DNA of 64,000 nucleotides from Curvularia clavata (lineage: Eukaryota). A program made the position numbers and the translations under genes. Shown here piece by piece: positions 47,349 through 59,018 of this stretch. The notes below the pieces were generated by a model that saw nothing but the letters and a program-made list of their open reading frames with translations, made no database searches and was not told the DNA's origin. How positions within the stretch are numbered: the stretch's first letter is position 1; each line of letters starts with the position of its first letter. The stretch spans positions 682,001 to 746,000 of the forward strand of contig CP089281.1 in assembly GCA_023920165.1 (NCBI GenBank), in the 5' to 3' direction.

Positions 47349-49120
47349 ATGTTCCGTCTGCAACGACAGACAGTGCTGGATAAGTCGATATGGGCGCCTG
47401 CGAATGGGCAACTTCGATATATTGAAGCCTGGAGCTTTGAGAATGAAAGTAAGCTTACATGTAGCTAGCTTTGCATCACTGTAACAATAAGCGCACACTG
47501 ACACATTGGAGAATTGTAGACACATTGACACCCGATACCTATCGGGAGGGTGATCTCAATGACAAAGATGTGCTAGACTGGCTACGCCGAACGGGACGCT
47601 TCGCTCCACCATCTGATTCTCGGCTTGGAAAGGAAGAGGGCGGCATCAGGTTGCTTCTTTGCGAGCTACGTAGCTTCATGCCCTTAGCATTTGGCTTGAG
47701 TAAGGCCTCCCTCTTGGCTATCGAGAGCGAGTTCGGTTTGTCGGGCGAGATGTTGCCAATCTTCTTCTTCAATGGAGGTGGCTATTCCCACCACTTTGTT
47801 CCGTTGGCATCTCGTGGCCAGAAGCCAGAAAAACTCTGTATGGCCAATCTATCCCGACTTTTGCATTGAAGTCATCTCACATGATTTTCTAGTAATCACA
47901 GTCAAGGTTCCGCAAATGTTCCAGGTCGCAACTATGGTCTTTGCATGACTTACTGTTTCAAAACGCACACGACACTAGCTTTCCTTTATGGCTGGAATGT
48001 GATTAGCGATGAGAACTGGAAGAAATGTATGAGCTGAGAGTGCTCTACGTATCTGAAGCCGCACATCTGGCGGATTAGCGAGCTTATCAAATCACAAATC
48101 TCAAACTGGAAGCACCCGTCATTGCTACCAGCAATGTTACTGGAAGACCACGTCCACAAAGCCGACCTGTTCAAAGGCTTTGATCTCTCTGATAGAGTAA
48201 CAACATTAGAGCGCCACCTTCTAGCTACAAAAGCCGGACGCAATGTCGACCAAGACGCATCACTGGATTTCGATACAGTGGGCCAAAATATAGCCAACAA
48301 CAGATTCGAAATCACCAGGAGTATTAACACGGCCGTAACCGATGCGGTTAGTTTCGGCTGCAACATGAAATGGGACAGCAGATACTGTCAGTTCCTACGA
48401 GATATCTCCAAACAACTTGGCATTTTTCCCGAAATAGAGCAAGATAAATGGGGACCAGGGGTAGATAATGGCATTGAGCTCTTGGCTAATTTTGTCGCCT
48501 CAATCATGGAATTGACAGAGGCGCTCAAAGCCAGACTAGATATCCAACTAGACGTGGTAAGGCATCTGCTCCAAAAGTGTTTGTTCTGCTTTTAACCAAC
48601 CACGCCATAGCTCTACAACCTCGTCGCCCAAGTCGACAGCAATGTCAACTCCACCATAGCCGCAACAACCGGTCTCGACAGCGTCGCCATGAAAGCCCTC
48701 GCCTTTGTCACCACCGTTTTTCTACCTCCTACCTTCATCGCTGTAAGTCTATCTCCACCTCCATCACTCCCAAATCCCTCAAAAGTTTACAAATTAACAC
48801 CTCCCCACCAGACGCTCTTCAGCATGTCCATGTTCGACCGGCAATCCGACACCTCTTCTGATCCTGAAAAGGACAGCGACGAAATAGTGGTGTCCCGGCA
48901 CTTTGGCATCTACTGGGTCGTCAGCGTGCCGTTGACGATCGTGGTGCTGTTGTCGTGGCGCACGTGGTGGCATCGCCAGAAGAATCATTATCGGAAGAAG
49001 TACCCGCATGTGAAGATGGATCCGGATGTTCGGCTGGATAGGCTGGATAGGCTGGGTAGGATGTTGCCGAAGAAGCGGGTGAAGAGGGAGGAGGGGAAGG
49101 AGTTGGAGCGGTTGGCTTAG
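47349..49120 (+). pseudogene. Disrupted gene for a fungal protein with a CorA-like C-terminal 2-TM module
   Basis: The C-terminus reads DSVAMKALAFVTTVFLPPTFIATLFSMSMF..YWVVSVPLT. Introns at 47449-47519, 47838-47892, 48557-48610 and 48743-48811. Exon 3 needs a frameshift at about 47928-47930 and has an in-frame TGA at 48035-48037. Confidence 0.7.
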
Positions 49121-51331
49121 GAGAGAGGGTTGAAAGGTTGATGCTCAGCGCTACAATCGTAAGATGCAGGTGTCATGGGTAGGACGACAAATTCCAAACG
49201 CTGTTGGGTATGCGCGGTGATCATGTCGCTGTGCGATGCTTTACACTTTTTCATGATTCTTTTGCGCATCGCAACAGGTGAATTGGTATCCATGAAAGCA
49301 AGCATATATTAGTCTGAGACTAGTCCACTAAAACACATGTTTGGAACCCTGGCCAACTGCGACACCGACAATATCATCGCAGGTATGGCCAACAGAGAAA
49401 AACATGGGCACACACGTGTGGATATTAAATGTAGGACTCTGAATAGCCTGCGAGAATTTCCGCTCCAGTCCATTTTCTCAGAACTTCTTGTTGAAATGTT
49501 TGATTCGACGGACCAAGCTCGCCTCCTCATCCGTCAGTTTATGAAGCCGGCCATAGCATCCATTGTCTCTGGCTGCTGGACTGCTTGACGTTGTGCAACA
49601 GTGAGGTGGCGCCCGAGATCTCCCTCCAAGAGGGGGCTGTGTCAAGGCCACACGTATCGGAAAGAGTGCTGCATGTCCTGGAGCGATTCTAAACCGTGGA
49701 TAGAAGGACCACGAGAGCAGTTTCAAGTGCGAAGACGAGTGTTTGGTGAACAGTGACTATACGGCCCTAGCCAATGGCATAGGGCCAGAACTAAGGAATG
49801 ATACCCGGTGTGACGATATAAAGACTGGTCAGACCCATTAGGCAGATACTGAGATTTATGATCGGTCTCGCAGGTGTTGAGCTGTAAGCGACAATTGTCT
49901 TTGTGATCGCGGTAGGTGTTGGATGAATCGAGAAGATTGAAATGTATTTCCGGATCGCCGGAATCCTCCAGGGGAGTCTATTCCACTCCATTGCCAAAGC
50001 TAGCAACAGTCAAATGACTAACAGCGGGTGCAACATTACCTTTCAGTCAAGAAACTGAATCAGCACCCTATCATGATCTACTTGCGTGTAGGATCAATCT
50101 CTTGGTCTTGGGTTGAGCAAAGGAAAATTCAATTTCGGGTGGGCTTTTTCTAGCCCGGTGACGGTACATGCGGCAACAATGGCAAGAACACACTGAGTCT
50201 GAAAGGCGTCATCTGTTGGCGACGGTGCAAATAGTGGGCCAGTGATGAGCCTCTTGGATTTCGCCCATCTACCAACACTTAGCAAAGGGCTGTCTTGGTT
50301 ATACAACAAACCTGCCTTATGTGCTTCTTGACCTGGTTGAGGGAGAAGGAATGAGCAGAGCCAGTAGAGGGGCGGTAATGTTGAAGAAGAATACAGATGA
50401 AGTGAGGTTTACAGTGACTGTAAGGCTGAAGGAGAAAGACTGTGGTTGGTGGCCATCAGCAGCCGGAACTGGAGCTGCCCGCCTTCCAAGTATTGAGGAT
50501 AGCAGTATTGGCCTTGCGTGTGCGCTTGGAGTTATGGAGGAGAAAGTGAGGAGTGGGGGTAAGGGGGTGGCAAAGAGGGCTCGGGTGCGTGATTGTGGAT
50601 TTTGTATTTGCCATAGAGTACTAAGATACAAGGCCTGTGATGTCAATATGATTCTTAGCAGCAAAGGTAATGTAAAACAGTGATAGCGGTATGGCACCAC
50701 CAACGAACATTTCATGTGAAGCTTAGTAATGTAGCGGTGTAGAAAACTCTCGTTAAGATCTGTTTGTTTAGTGTTTTTTGTCTAATGAACCAGAACGATC
50801 GAGTTCGTTAAACGCAGAGTAAGGAGCGAACCATTGAAGCACATCTTCTGCGTTTAGACGCAAATAGTGCCCCCGTTGAATTAGACTTTGCTTCGACATG
50901 CATTTTTCATATCTTCAAGATACATAGCAATACCGCTTCAATTGATTTGAAGACAAACTCCAACTTCATCACCCCCGTCTACCTAGCTTCCCCATAGGCA
51001 CCCCAACGGCCCTATCTCTCTGTGTCAGCTCTCCCTGCCCTTGAATACAATTGTGCAAGTGGATCTCCCCCACCGTGCCCTCGCTTCCCCTTCTGCTTTC
51101 CTTCACAACGCATTATACCCACTCGCAAACGCCCTCTCTACAACGCCGCTCCAGCCTTCACAACACCATGCTTTGCGCATACACAATGCCTCGTCGGCAG
51201 CAGTATATCAGTATTTTCCCCAATCAGTCTTGGTGGAGGAACAAATCAGCAACCCGAACAACTCAGCAGCAAGTGTCAAGCCGAGTGAAAAGAAAAAGGC
51301 AAGTAAATTTTAATAAAGTGAAGACGGCAAG

Positions 51332-53053
51332 ATGCCCTACGAGCCGGCCATGATCCGATTCATGGTCGTTTTCACCATTATACCAGTTCTCTGGCTATTG
51401 TGGCTCTCCTTCCTCCCCAATGATACCCTACTCACTGTCGACAAGACTTGGAACTATGATGTCTCTGACTGGAAGACCCTGGGCGCTACGACTATCCTAG
51501 TCGCCATGTTCGGCTGGGTCCTTCAACTTCTCTTCACCATGACGGCTCGCTCGGAGCGTCTTTCCGCCATGGTAGTCACTGGTCTCTTCTTTCACACTGT
51601 TCCGGCCATGTGTCTTTTGGCTGCGGTGCTGAAGGCAAACGTAGCCAAGGACACCCAACTCGTTTGGTTTAGCGCCCTCATGGCATTTCGATACTGGCGG
51701 ACTCTTGTTGCCATCTTCTTCTGGACGCAGTATAAACTCTCCGAGAAGCGTGTTGACGGTCAGCCAGAGCGGTACAATTCAGCGGATTGTACGGTCGTAG
51801 TGGCTACGGTTGGACCCGGAAAGAACGTCGAGCTATTTACTCGGATGGTGGAAGCGATTCTCACGAATAAGCCTAAGCGTGTCGTCTTTTCTACACCCAA
51901 GCCTAGTATCGCGGATTCGGTTAGGCCGCTTGTTTCGGAGATTCAGAAGCAGTTTGAAGCGCGGAAGACGGGCCAGGCCGACACTGTATTTGACACCGAG
52001 ATCATCTGTACTGGAGAGGCTAACAAGCAGGACAAACGCACACAGACCGTTCAAGGGATTAAGATGGCCGATACCCCGATTGTGGTCATGGTGGACGATA
52101 GCGCTGTCTGGGGACCTAAGTTCCTCGAGACTACCCTTCCTGCGTTTCGAGATGAGAAAGTCGGCTTCGTCGGTACACGCAAATGGGTTGAGCGTTTGCC
52201 ACTTCCTGAGGATGACCCGAACCTTAGCCAGTATCAGAACTTCGCTGCCAAATACCGCGCAGGCTTCTGGAATACGATTGGAGCATTGTATCTTGTTCGT
52301 CACAACTTTGAGGTTCGCGCGTCCAACACTGCGGATGGAGGAGTGTTCTGTGTCTCTGGTCGCACTAGTCTGATCCTGACCAAGATCATCAAGGATGAGG
52401 AGTTCATTAACAAATTTCTGAATGAGTACATCTGGGCAATTTCTAGTCTTGGAATGGAGGGCGTTGGCCCGCTCAAGGCAGATGACGACAACTTCATCAC
52501 CCGTTGGGTTATCAACCACGGCATGGACGTCAAGATTCAGTACTGCGAAGATGCGACTATGACTACACAGCTCGGCCGTATTGACCAGTTCAAGTTCATC
52601 GACCAATGTATTCGCTGGAGCCGCACGACGATGCGCCAGAACCCTATGGCGCTATTCGTAGACCAGACCATGTGGTGGAAATGGCCCATTTCAGTATGGA
52701 TGGTGTACTTCCCCTGGCTTTACAACGCGGCCCTCTTTTGGGATATTCTGGCAATCTGGACGTTTACAACTACCGCGTTTTTCCGCGAGTCAGCAGTCCA
52801 GTATCGGTGGCTAGGTCTTCTCATCCTTGTCATCTGGATGTCGAAACTGACCAAGACAGTGGCATGGTTCTTGCCTAGGCAGAACCAGTCCGATTTCTTT
52901 TGGTACTTCTTCCCTATCCCGGCTTACCCGCTGTTCGTTTACGGCCATTCTCTCCTCAAGATCTACACCGTTGCGACCTTCTGGGTCAATGACTGGAGCG
53001 GCCGGGCCCAGGACGAGAGCCAGCGACAGTTGGAGGGAATGAAGCGCAACTAG
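51332..53053 (+). CDS. Processive GT2 membrane glycosyltransferase (Cps1/hyaluronan-synthase-like polysaccharide synthase)
   Basis: N- and C-terminal TM helices; DKRTQ, MVDDS, CVSGRT, DDDNFITRW and QCIRWSR (D,D,D,QxxRW signature); intronless. Confidence 0.85.
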   Translation: MPYEPAMIRFMVVFTIIPVLWLLWLSFLPNDTLLTVDKTWNYDVSDWKTLGATTILVAMFGWVLQLLFTMTARSERLSAMVVTGLFFHTVPAMCLLAAVLKANVAKDTQLVWFSALMAFRYWRTLVAIFFWTQYKLSEKRVDGQPERYNSADCTVVVATVGPGKNVELFTRMVEAILTNKPKRVVFSTPKPSIADSVRPLVSEIQKQFEARKTGQADTVFDTEIICTGEANKQDKRTQTVQGIKMADTPIVVMVDDSAVWGPKFLETTLPAFRDEKVGFVGTRKWVERLPLPEDDPNLSQYQNFAAKYRAGFWNTIGALYLVRHNFEVRASNTADGGVFCVSGRTSLILTKIIKDEEFINKFLNEYIWAISSLGMEGVGPLKADDDNFITRWVINHGMDVKIQYCEDATMTTQLGRIDQFKFIDQCIRWSRTTMRQNPMALFVDQTMWWKWPISVWMVYFPWLYNAALFWDILAIWTFTTTAFFRESAVQYRWLGLLILVIWMSKLTKTVAWFLPRQNQSDFFWYFFPIPAYPLFVYGHSLLKIYTVATFWVNDWSGRAQDESQRQLEGMKRN

Positions 53054-56000
53054 TGGAAAAGCCAAGACTCTGGTAACATGAACCAGCTACTGTTGACTCG
53101 GACAGCACTTTAGAAGTTGTTCGAGAACGGGCTGGCAGGTGAGTAGCATTTCTTTGCGCACTATTTTGGCAGACGAAAGTGGGGCAAATCAGGCATAGTT
53201 GATTGTACTGACAAGGACTGTGAAAAGTTTCCTTTGGCGTTATTACTTGTCTTTTCGATACTCACGCACAAATTTTCTGTGCAAGCCAAACTCGGCAGAT
53301 GGATCGGTCTAGATCCCATTGATGGACGTTTGTTTTCCAAATAACAGAATATAATTTTCTTCACCCATGAGTCCCTTGAGTGCATGCTTTGTTGATATCG
53401 TGGCTGATGCTGCATATGTGGTGGCGTTGTGTGAGTGATGGCGGGCAGTCAAGCCATGGCCAGGCTGAGAGTCAAGTGCCGCAATGGCTTTGTGCGTTAG
53501 GATCGTGTGAGAGAGAGAGGCAGTGACGCTAGCTTATCCGGGACGTGGCGATGGACTGATTGATGCAAACAAGACAATGGCTTTGGACGTGTTCTGGGAC
53601 GGCCCAGACAAGACGTTAATGCCAGCGCAGAGGCGGTTTGAAGCAGAGTGATTTCATGGCCAGGGCTTGTTCCAAAGATGAGGGTGTTGTGCTGGTGGTC
53701 TGTCATTGGGCCGTGGATGCAAGTTGGGTGTCAAGGGAGTGTGGGTGGGCAGTTTTCCCCACATGAGGATGCAGTGGGAGGATTTGATCTCATTGCAGTG
53801 GAAAGGCAGGCCGTGTAGTCCAAATAGAGTGCTGTCTAGGAGGATATGGCCTTGGGGTACTAGGGCCACCTGCCTCATCGGTACGTGCCTCCGCATGAGC
53901 TGAGGGCAGTCCAACCCGACCTGATGGTTCGTCTGGTTCCGCCTGCAAGTCGTCGTCGAAAAGCTCCGTCTTACGGTGTATGCGCTTTTGTTTTTCCCGG
54001 CGAGAAAAGAGGAGGGGAAGGCCTTGGTCTCGAATGGGGCCATTTCCCCTCGTTTGTGCTCCAGCGTCAGGACAGGCATGCATGGCAGCCTGACAGCCTG
54101 GTACAGCGAGCGTGGTCATGGGATGTAGCCAGGCTATTGGCCCCAGCCCAGTCCAGAGACAGAGGCAGAGGCAAATGGACATGCTGGCGCCACGCTCGAA
54201 ATAGCGCTGGGCGTGGGCGAAACCTTGTAGGCTAGGTGCCAGAGTACCAGACAAACACGTCGACGCTGCTGCACCATGGTCCCTAAGCAGGCAACGCGAT
54301 ATTGCGGGAGTGGCCTCGAGCACCCTGGGCCCTGAGACAAAAGCAACTCTTATCGCCAGGTTTCGGTATGGCGCGCACAGGAGTGCATCGAGATGCAGCC
54401 GGATTCATGATATGGTGACGGGGGTTAGCGAAGTTGGGGGCCAGAATCCAGCAAGCAGAGTGACAAGACAGGGCAGGCCAGGCCAGCCAAGGGAAGTGCC
54501 GCCGGCCTCGCACTATTACTCCTTGTCGTCGATTCCCTCGCCTTTGCCCCCCGGCCCAGTCGTCCAGCCAGCCATCCGGCTTTGCTTTGCTTTGATTTGC
54601 TTTGGAACACCAAACGTGGACACGAGCAGTCGCTGCCATCGCACACCCTCGCAGCCAGTCCTCTCGAGTCTGCCTGCAGACGGCGCCATGGTTGCTTATT
54701 TGTCTAGCCCGCTACTGCGCTCCCATGCGCATCCGTACCAGGTACCCAGCGGCTCCGGCCTGCCTCTGGAAACGAGACGGCGCGAGCACAGCTGGGGTGC
54801 GATTGGATACACGCATGACGGCCTGCACGGGTTTCAGGAGAAGGATGGACAGGCCCTGTGTGCGTTTGCGAATCCGAAGTCGCATTCAACCCTGTCGTCG
54901 ATCGCGCCTAGAGGCCTCTCGTACTGGTACCCTTTGGTAACTGCGCAAGGGATAGGCACCATGACGAGGCGTGGCATCACGGGAGGGGGGACTATGGAGC
55001 ACTGTGAGGCTCCGGTCCTGAGTCCATGGCCGCAGGACATGGAACGAGGGCCTAAGGGCGCCGGCGGGTGCCTTGACGACAACCACACATCGTACGTTCG
55101 GTCAGCGACCTCGTCGACGCACGCTTGGCCCTTTCATATGTCTCGCATGCTAGCAGATGGGGGCGCGGGAAGGATCATCGACCCATTTGGCCGGGACTTG
55201 AGCGCGCTCTCATCTGGGACTGTGGCTTGGCTGCGGGGTCGCGCCTTCTTAGGCGAGGCCGAAAGTGACGACTAAACCTTCCGCCTTCGGTCCATCCGTC
55301 CACACGGTGAGCCTACCCAACGGCCGTCGATAACGAATCTGGCCCCATACCAGTCCGCAACGGTCACCCCCCCTAACGCTTAGCCCTCGTCCGCCCTCGT
55401 CCTCCTCGCAACCCGACATGTGCGCTTGCAACCTGGTAGCCCATGCCAAAATCGGCTCCTCAAGCTTGCACACAGCCCGTGTGAGGAGGGTGCACAGCGC
55501 CATCGTCCCAGCACACAGTGCCGCGCCCGCCTCTGGGACCGCCCCCTCGTTCGCCCTCAGATCGTTAGTATCCCAAGAGCCCACATGCTTGATGCTGCGT
55601 TCCAGACTGCTGGTATTCACCTAGCAGGCATTGCCTGCTGATCACCCGTCGAGCGTGGCTTTGAACCGTCCATGTGTCTGCTCGACCACACACCACTTGC
55701 TCAGAAACGGGCGCCCACACAGCCTGCCTACTAGCTCTCCTCCCCCGTTATAAGCGACGGCCTCGCTCGTCGACACGGCGCGCCAGTCAACTGATCACTA
55801 ACGCGAAGCCTGTCTCTAGCCTCGAGTGTGATAGCCAAATCACACCATTCATGCTAGCACTAACCACTGTGGGGCTCATCCAAAATGGCCTGACAGAAAC
55901 CCCCATCTCTCTTTCGTGCTCAATCTGAGTGCGATTGGTACTGCCGCCTGTTTCTCGAGACTCATGGCAGCGGAAAAAGCCGCCTCGCGTACACTCAGTG

Positions 56001-58549
56001 TCAGGAAAAAAACCAGTCAGGTATTAGCCAAGCCGCCATGACCGCCCCCGCCGCACTCTCGGCTCTCGTTTCTTGTCGGCCGTATGGCTACGTATCTGTG
56101 TATACCCTGTCAACTTGTGACGCCCCGCGGACCACAAGGCTGGATGCACACCGGCACTTACACCTTTCATTACCCAATCTTACTAGGTTTTTTTCAAACA
56201 TACCATGCCCGACACAGATGCGGGTGACCTGTCTGCCCAGCGTCCTGTTGAAAGAGGCTCCACTCTTGTCGGCCCTTTCTTGAGATCTATCTCGCATGTG
56301 CAGATTCAGTTTAGGCAGGGTAATGCCAAAAGCGCAGAGCGATCTGGGCTGTGCCCAAGGCCTGGGGTGGTGCAGTGTGTGTCATGACTTGTTGTGCCAG
56401 TCACAAACATACATGCACTCATACACGCAGACATACAGTTCAGGGTGCGCCGACCCTGGATCCCTGACACGCCTGGCTCATCCACCCAATTCGTTGGGTG
56501 CTATTGTCAAGACCGCCAACAGGAGCACCTGTGGCGGTGCAGAATCACAACACTAAGACAGCCTGTCTCACTCCTGCAGTAGTTTCATTGCACTCTTAGC
56601 CTTGTCGACTGCACCAACAGGATACACACACTGGCGCGGCCGTATTACAGTATCGATTGCGTACTCAAAATCCGGCTACCCCACGGATATTGCTTCCTGC
56701 GGGCCGCAGGACCAAAATAGTCCGCAACCTTGCATATCACACAAGTCACGGTTGCTGTTCACTTGCGCCAACCACAAGGTAGGCTGCACAAACCCAAAAC
56801 TGTCCTGGTACACGGCTTCATTACCGCATAGACCACGACAACTATCCCAGAAACTAAAATGGTCTGGACTGGGGGAGCGGTGCCATTTGCTCGTCCGGCT
56901 CGTTGCCCCGCGCATGTCGCGATAAGCATGTCGACGCCGTCTTCTACATGGCATCCACGGAGCAGCAGCAGGCGTCACAACTGGTATGCGCCCATGAGAC
57001 CAGGACATGGCGCATTTCTCAAGAGATCGGACCATGGCGTAAACCCCAATATTGGGCCCATGTTGAGCAGGGGTGGGATATTTGCATCGTCAGGGTGCAT
57101 CGGGTACAGTAGCCCGCCCAACAATAAGCATGAGCAAGTTGTAGAGAGTGTGTACTCGGTAGACGGGCTTAGTTCCAGAACATGGTGCGGTTCACGCCTT
57201 GGACAACCTTATCCATCTCGTCGGGCCATAGGCGTTCAGGGACCACGCGAAGCAACTTGTCACGCTGACTACCTAGATTATGCGGCGGACATGGTACGGA
57301 ACCTGAGGTCCGTGTGTGACGGCCAGGACGGCATCGGTACGCTCTGGTCAAAGAAGCAAGAGACGTGGGTGGACACAGAGCGTGCGGTGGCCTTGCAAGA
57401 CCCTCTTCCTCCGAGCGAGATTGCTACCGCCAGGCATCCCACGTCCAAGCCGTCCCACGACCAGGACAAGGCAGGTTGTAATTTCACACCACGCTGCCTG
57501 CTATGTTCGCCGTCACATGGGGGGGTAAAAGGTAAACGGCGAGCTGTCCTGCCTGCATACACCCCTCACCCTCCTAAACAAGCAACCAAACAGGCTGTGA
57601 TTATTCAGAGGAACAGGTCACGCCACGTTACTATGGCCTCGCATTCCGCTCAGGGTCGGCGGTCAGAGTTTTGTCTGTCTCTTGATGCATTGCAACATGT
57701 CCTGCGTCAAACGAGGTCCCGCAGTGACGATGATACCGTAGGAAACGCGGTGAGGTCAGCACAATGCAATGGTGCTAGACGGGGGGGGGCAGGGCAGGGC
57801 AGGGCAGGACAGGCAGGACAGAGGACAAGGCAGTGCTGCGCCCGCTGAGCCCCATGAGAGCAAACTCGCTTAGCTGCCTGATTACAGGCAATGCTCGGGT
57901 ACTCGAAAGGACCGGTAAAATTAGCAGCACATCGACGACCAATGGCAGACCTCATAGCTGCACAGCCTCTCACTAGCCACAGTGCTTGACCACTGTGGAC
58001 CGGGCAGAGCGAAAGGATCGCCAATCACACACGCTACGGCACCAGGCCTGTGGAATGGCAGCACATGGCTCCATGCCCTCCCATGGCTCCCCGACTGGGA
58101 GCGGTGATCTAGCGTACGCTTTCTTCAGGGCCTATCCCCAATCCGCTTGTCTTTACCAGTTTCAGCCTGGTCGCTTTCCCCCTCTGCACGCCTACTCGCC
58201 GACGTCTCTCTGCCCCTCGTTGTTTTCGGTATGGCTTGCTCAGTGGGTGGCCCGACTCGCGCGGACGGGGGTCGGGCACACCGCGACTGCGAGCCAAGCT
58301 AGCCTACCACAAAGCGGTCGGGGCGCGCGATCGAGGCGGGGAGCAGAAGAGACGGCGGCCGGTAACTTCTGCCTTCTTTTGTTTTTTTTTAGCGTGGCCT
58401 GATTGCTCCAAAACAGCCACCTCATGCTAGAGGTCCAGGCGCCCGTAGGGCAGCATACTCTCCAGGCAGGGGTATGGGTATGCTGCCGTGTGGCTTCGTG
58501 CACTGTTTCCCGCTGGGGGCCACTTTGGTCTCTTCTCTGGGGCCTGATG

Positions 58550-58555
58550 TATAAA
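58550..58555 (+). promoter_or_regulatory. TATA box of the C2H2 transcription factor gene
   Basis: TATAAA followed by a CT-rich leader, about 470 nt upstream of the main ATG. Confidence 0.5.
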
Positions 58556-58754
58556 CCTACTTCGCCCCCGAGGCATCGTCCTCCAGTCCCAGGCCTCTGA
58601 TCAACAGAAACACTTCTTTGTTGAGCCCACTCTCCGACATCTTGGTTCCGGACCTGAGCCTCTCCCGCATCTTGATCTGTACCTCGCTTCTTCAGCTAGC
58701 CTCGAGGACTTGTACGGCACTACGTGCTGTCAACCCAGTCACCGGAAACAGTAT

Positions 58755-58820
58755 ATGATCTGCAAAAGCATCGTCGATAACCCACTCGTCGCCGACCCGT
58801 ACGTCAACTTCAGAAATTGA
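58755..58820 (+). other. uORF MICKSIVDNPLVADPYVNFRN* (21 aa)
   Basis: It is the only AUG in the predicted spliced leader; weak context (tatATGa). Confidence 0.55.
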
Positions 58821-58840
58821 TCGGCGCTGTCCACTACAGG

Positions 58841-58944
58841 GTAAGCTTTCCCCTGCTGGTCCCTATAATTTGCTCTGCCAACCAAACCACGGCAATTCGG
58901 GTTGCAATGATTCAGTGCTGGTGCTGACCCGTTTTCGCAAATAG
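58841..58944 (+). other. 5'UTR intron of the C2H2 gene
   Basis: G|GTAAGC donor, GCTGAC branch and AATAG acceptor. Confidence 0.75.
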
Positions 58945-59018
58945 GCATCGAGCTGCACTTGAAGCTGCACGCCTTTTCTTTTCATTTCCCTATTGCATTA
59001 CCTACCACATCTTCCACC

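Noticed and set aside
50317..50715. Overlapping 120-132 aa ORFs upstream of the GT2 gene
   Set aside because: No recognisable domain or consistent splice model; possibly a gene relic, but unsupported.
54310..57848. 321-aa and 329-aa + strand ORFs
   Set aside because: No motifs and random-looking Arg/Ser/Cys/Pro-rich composition.
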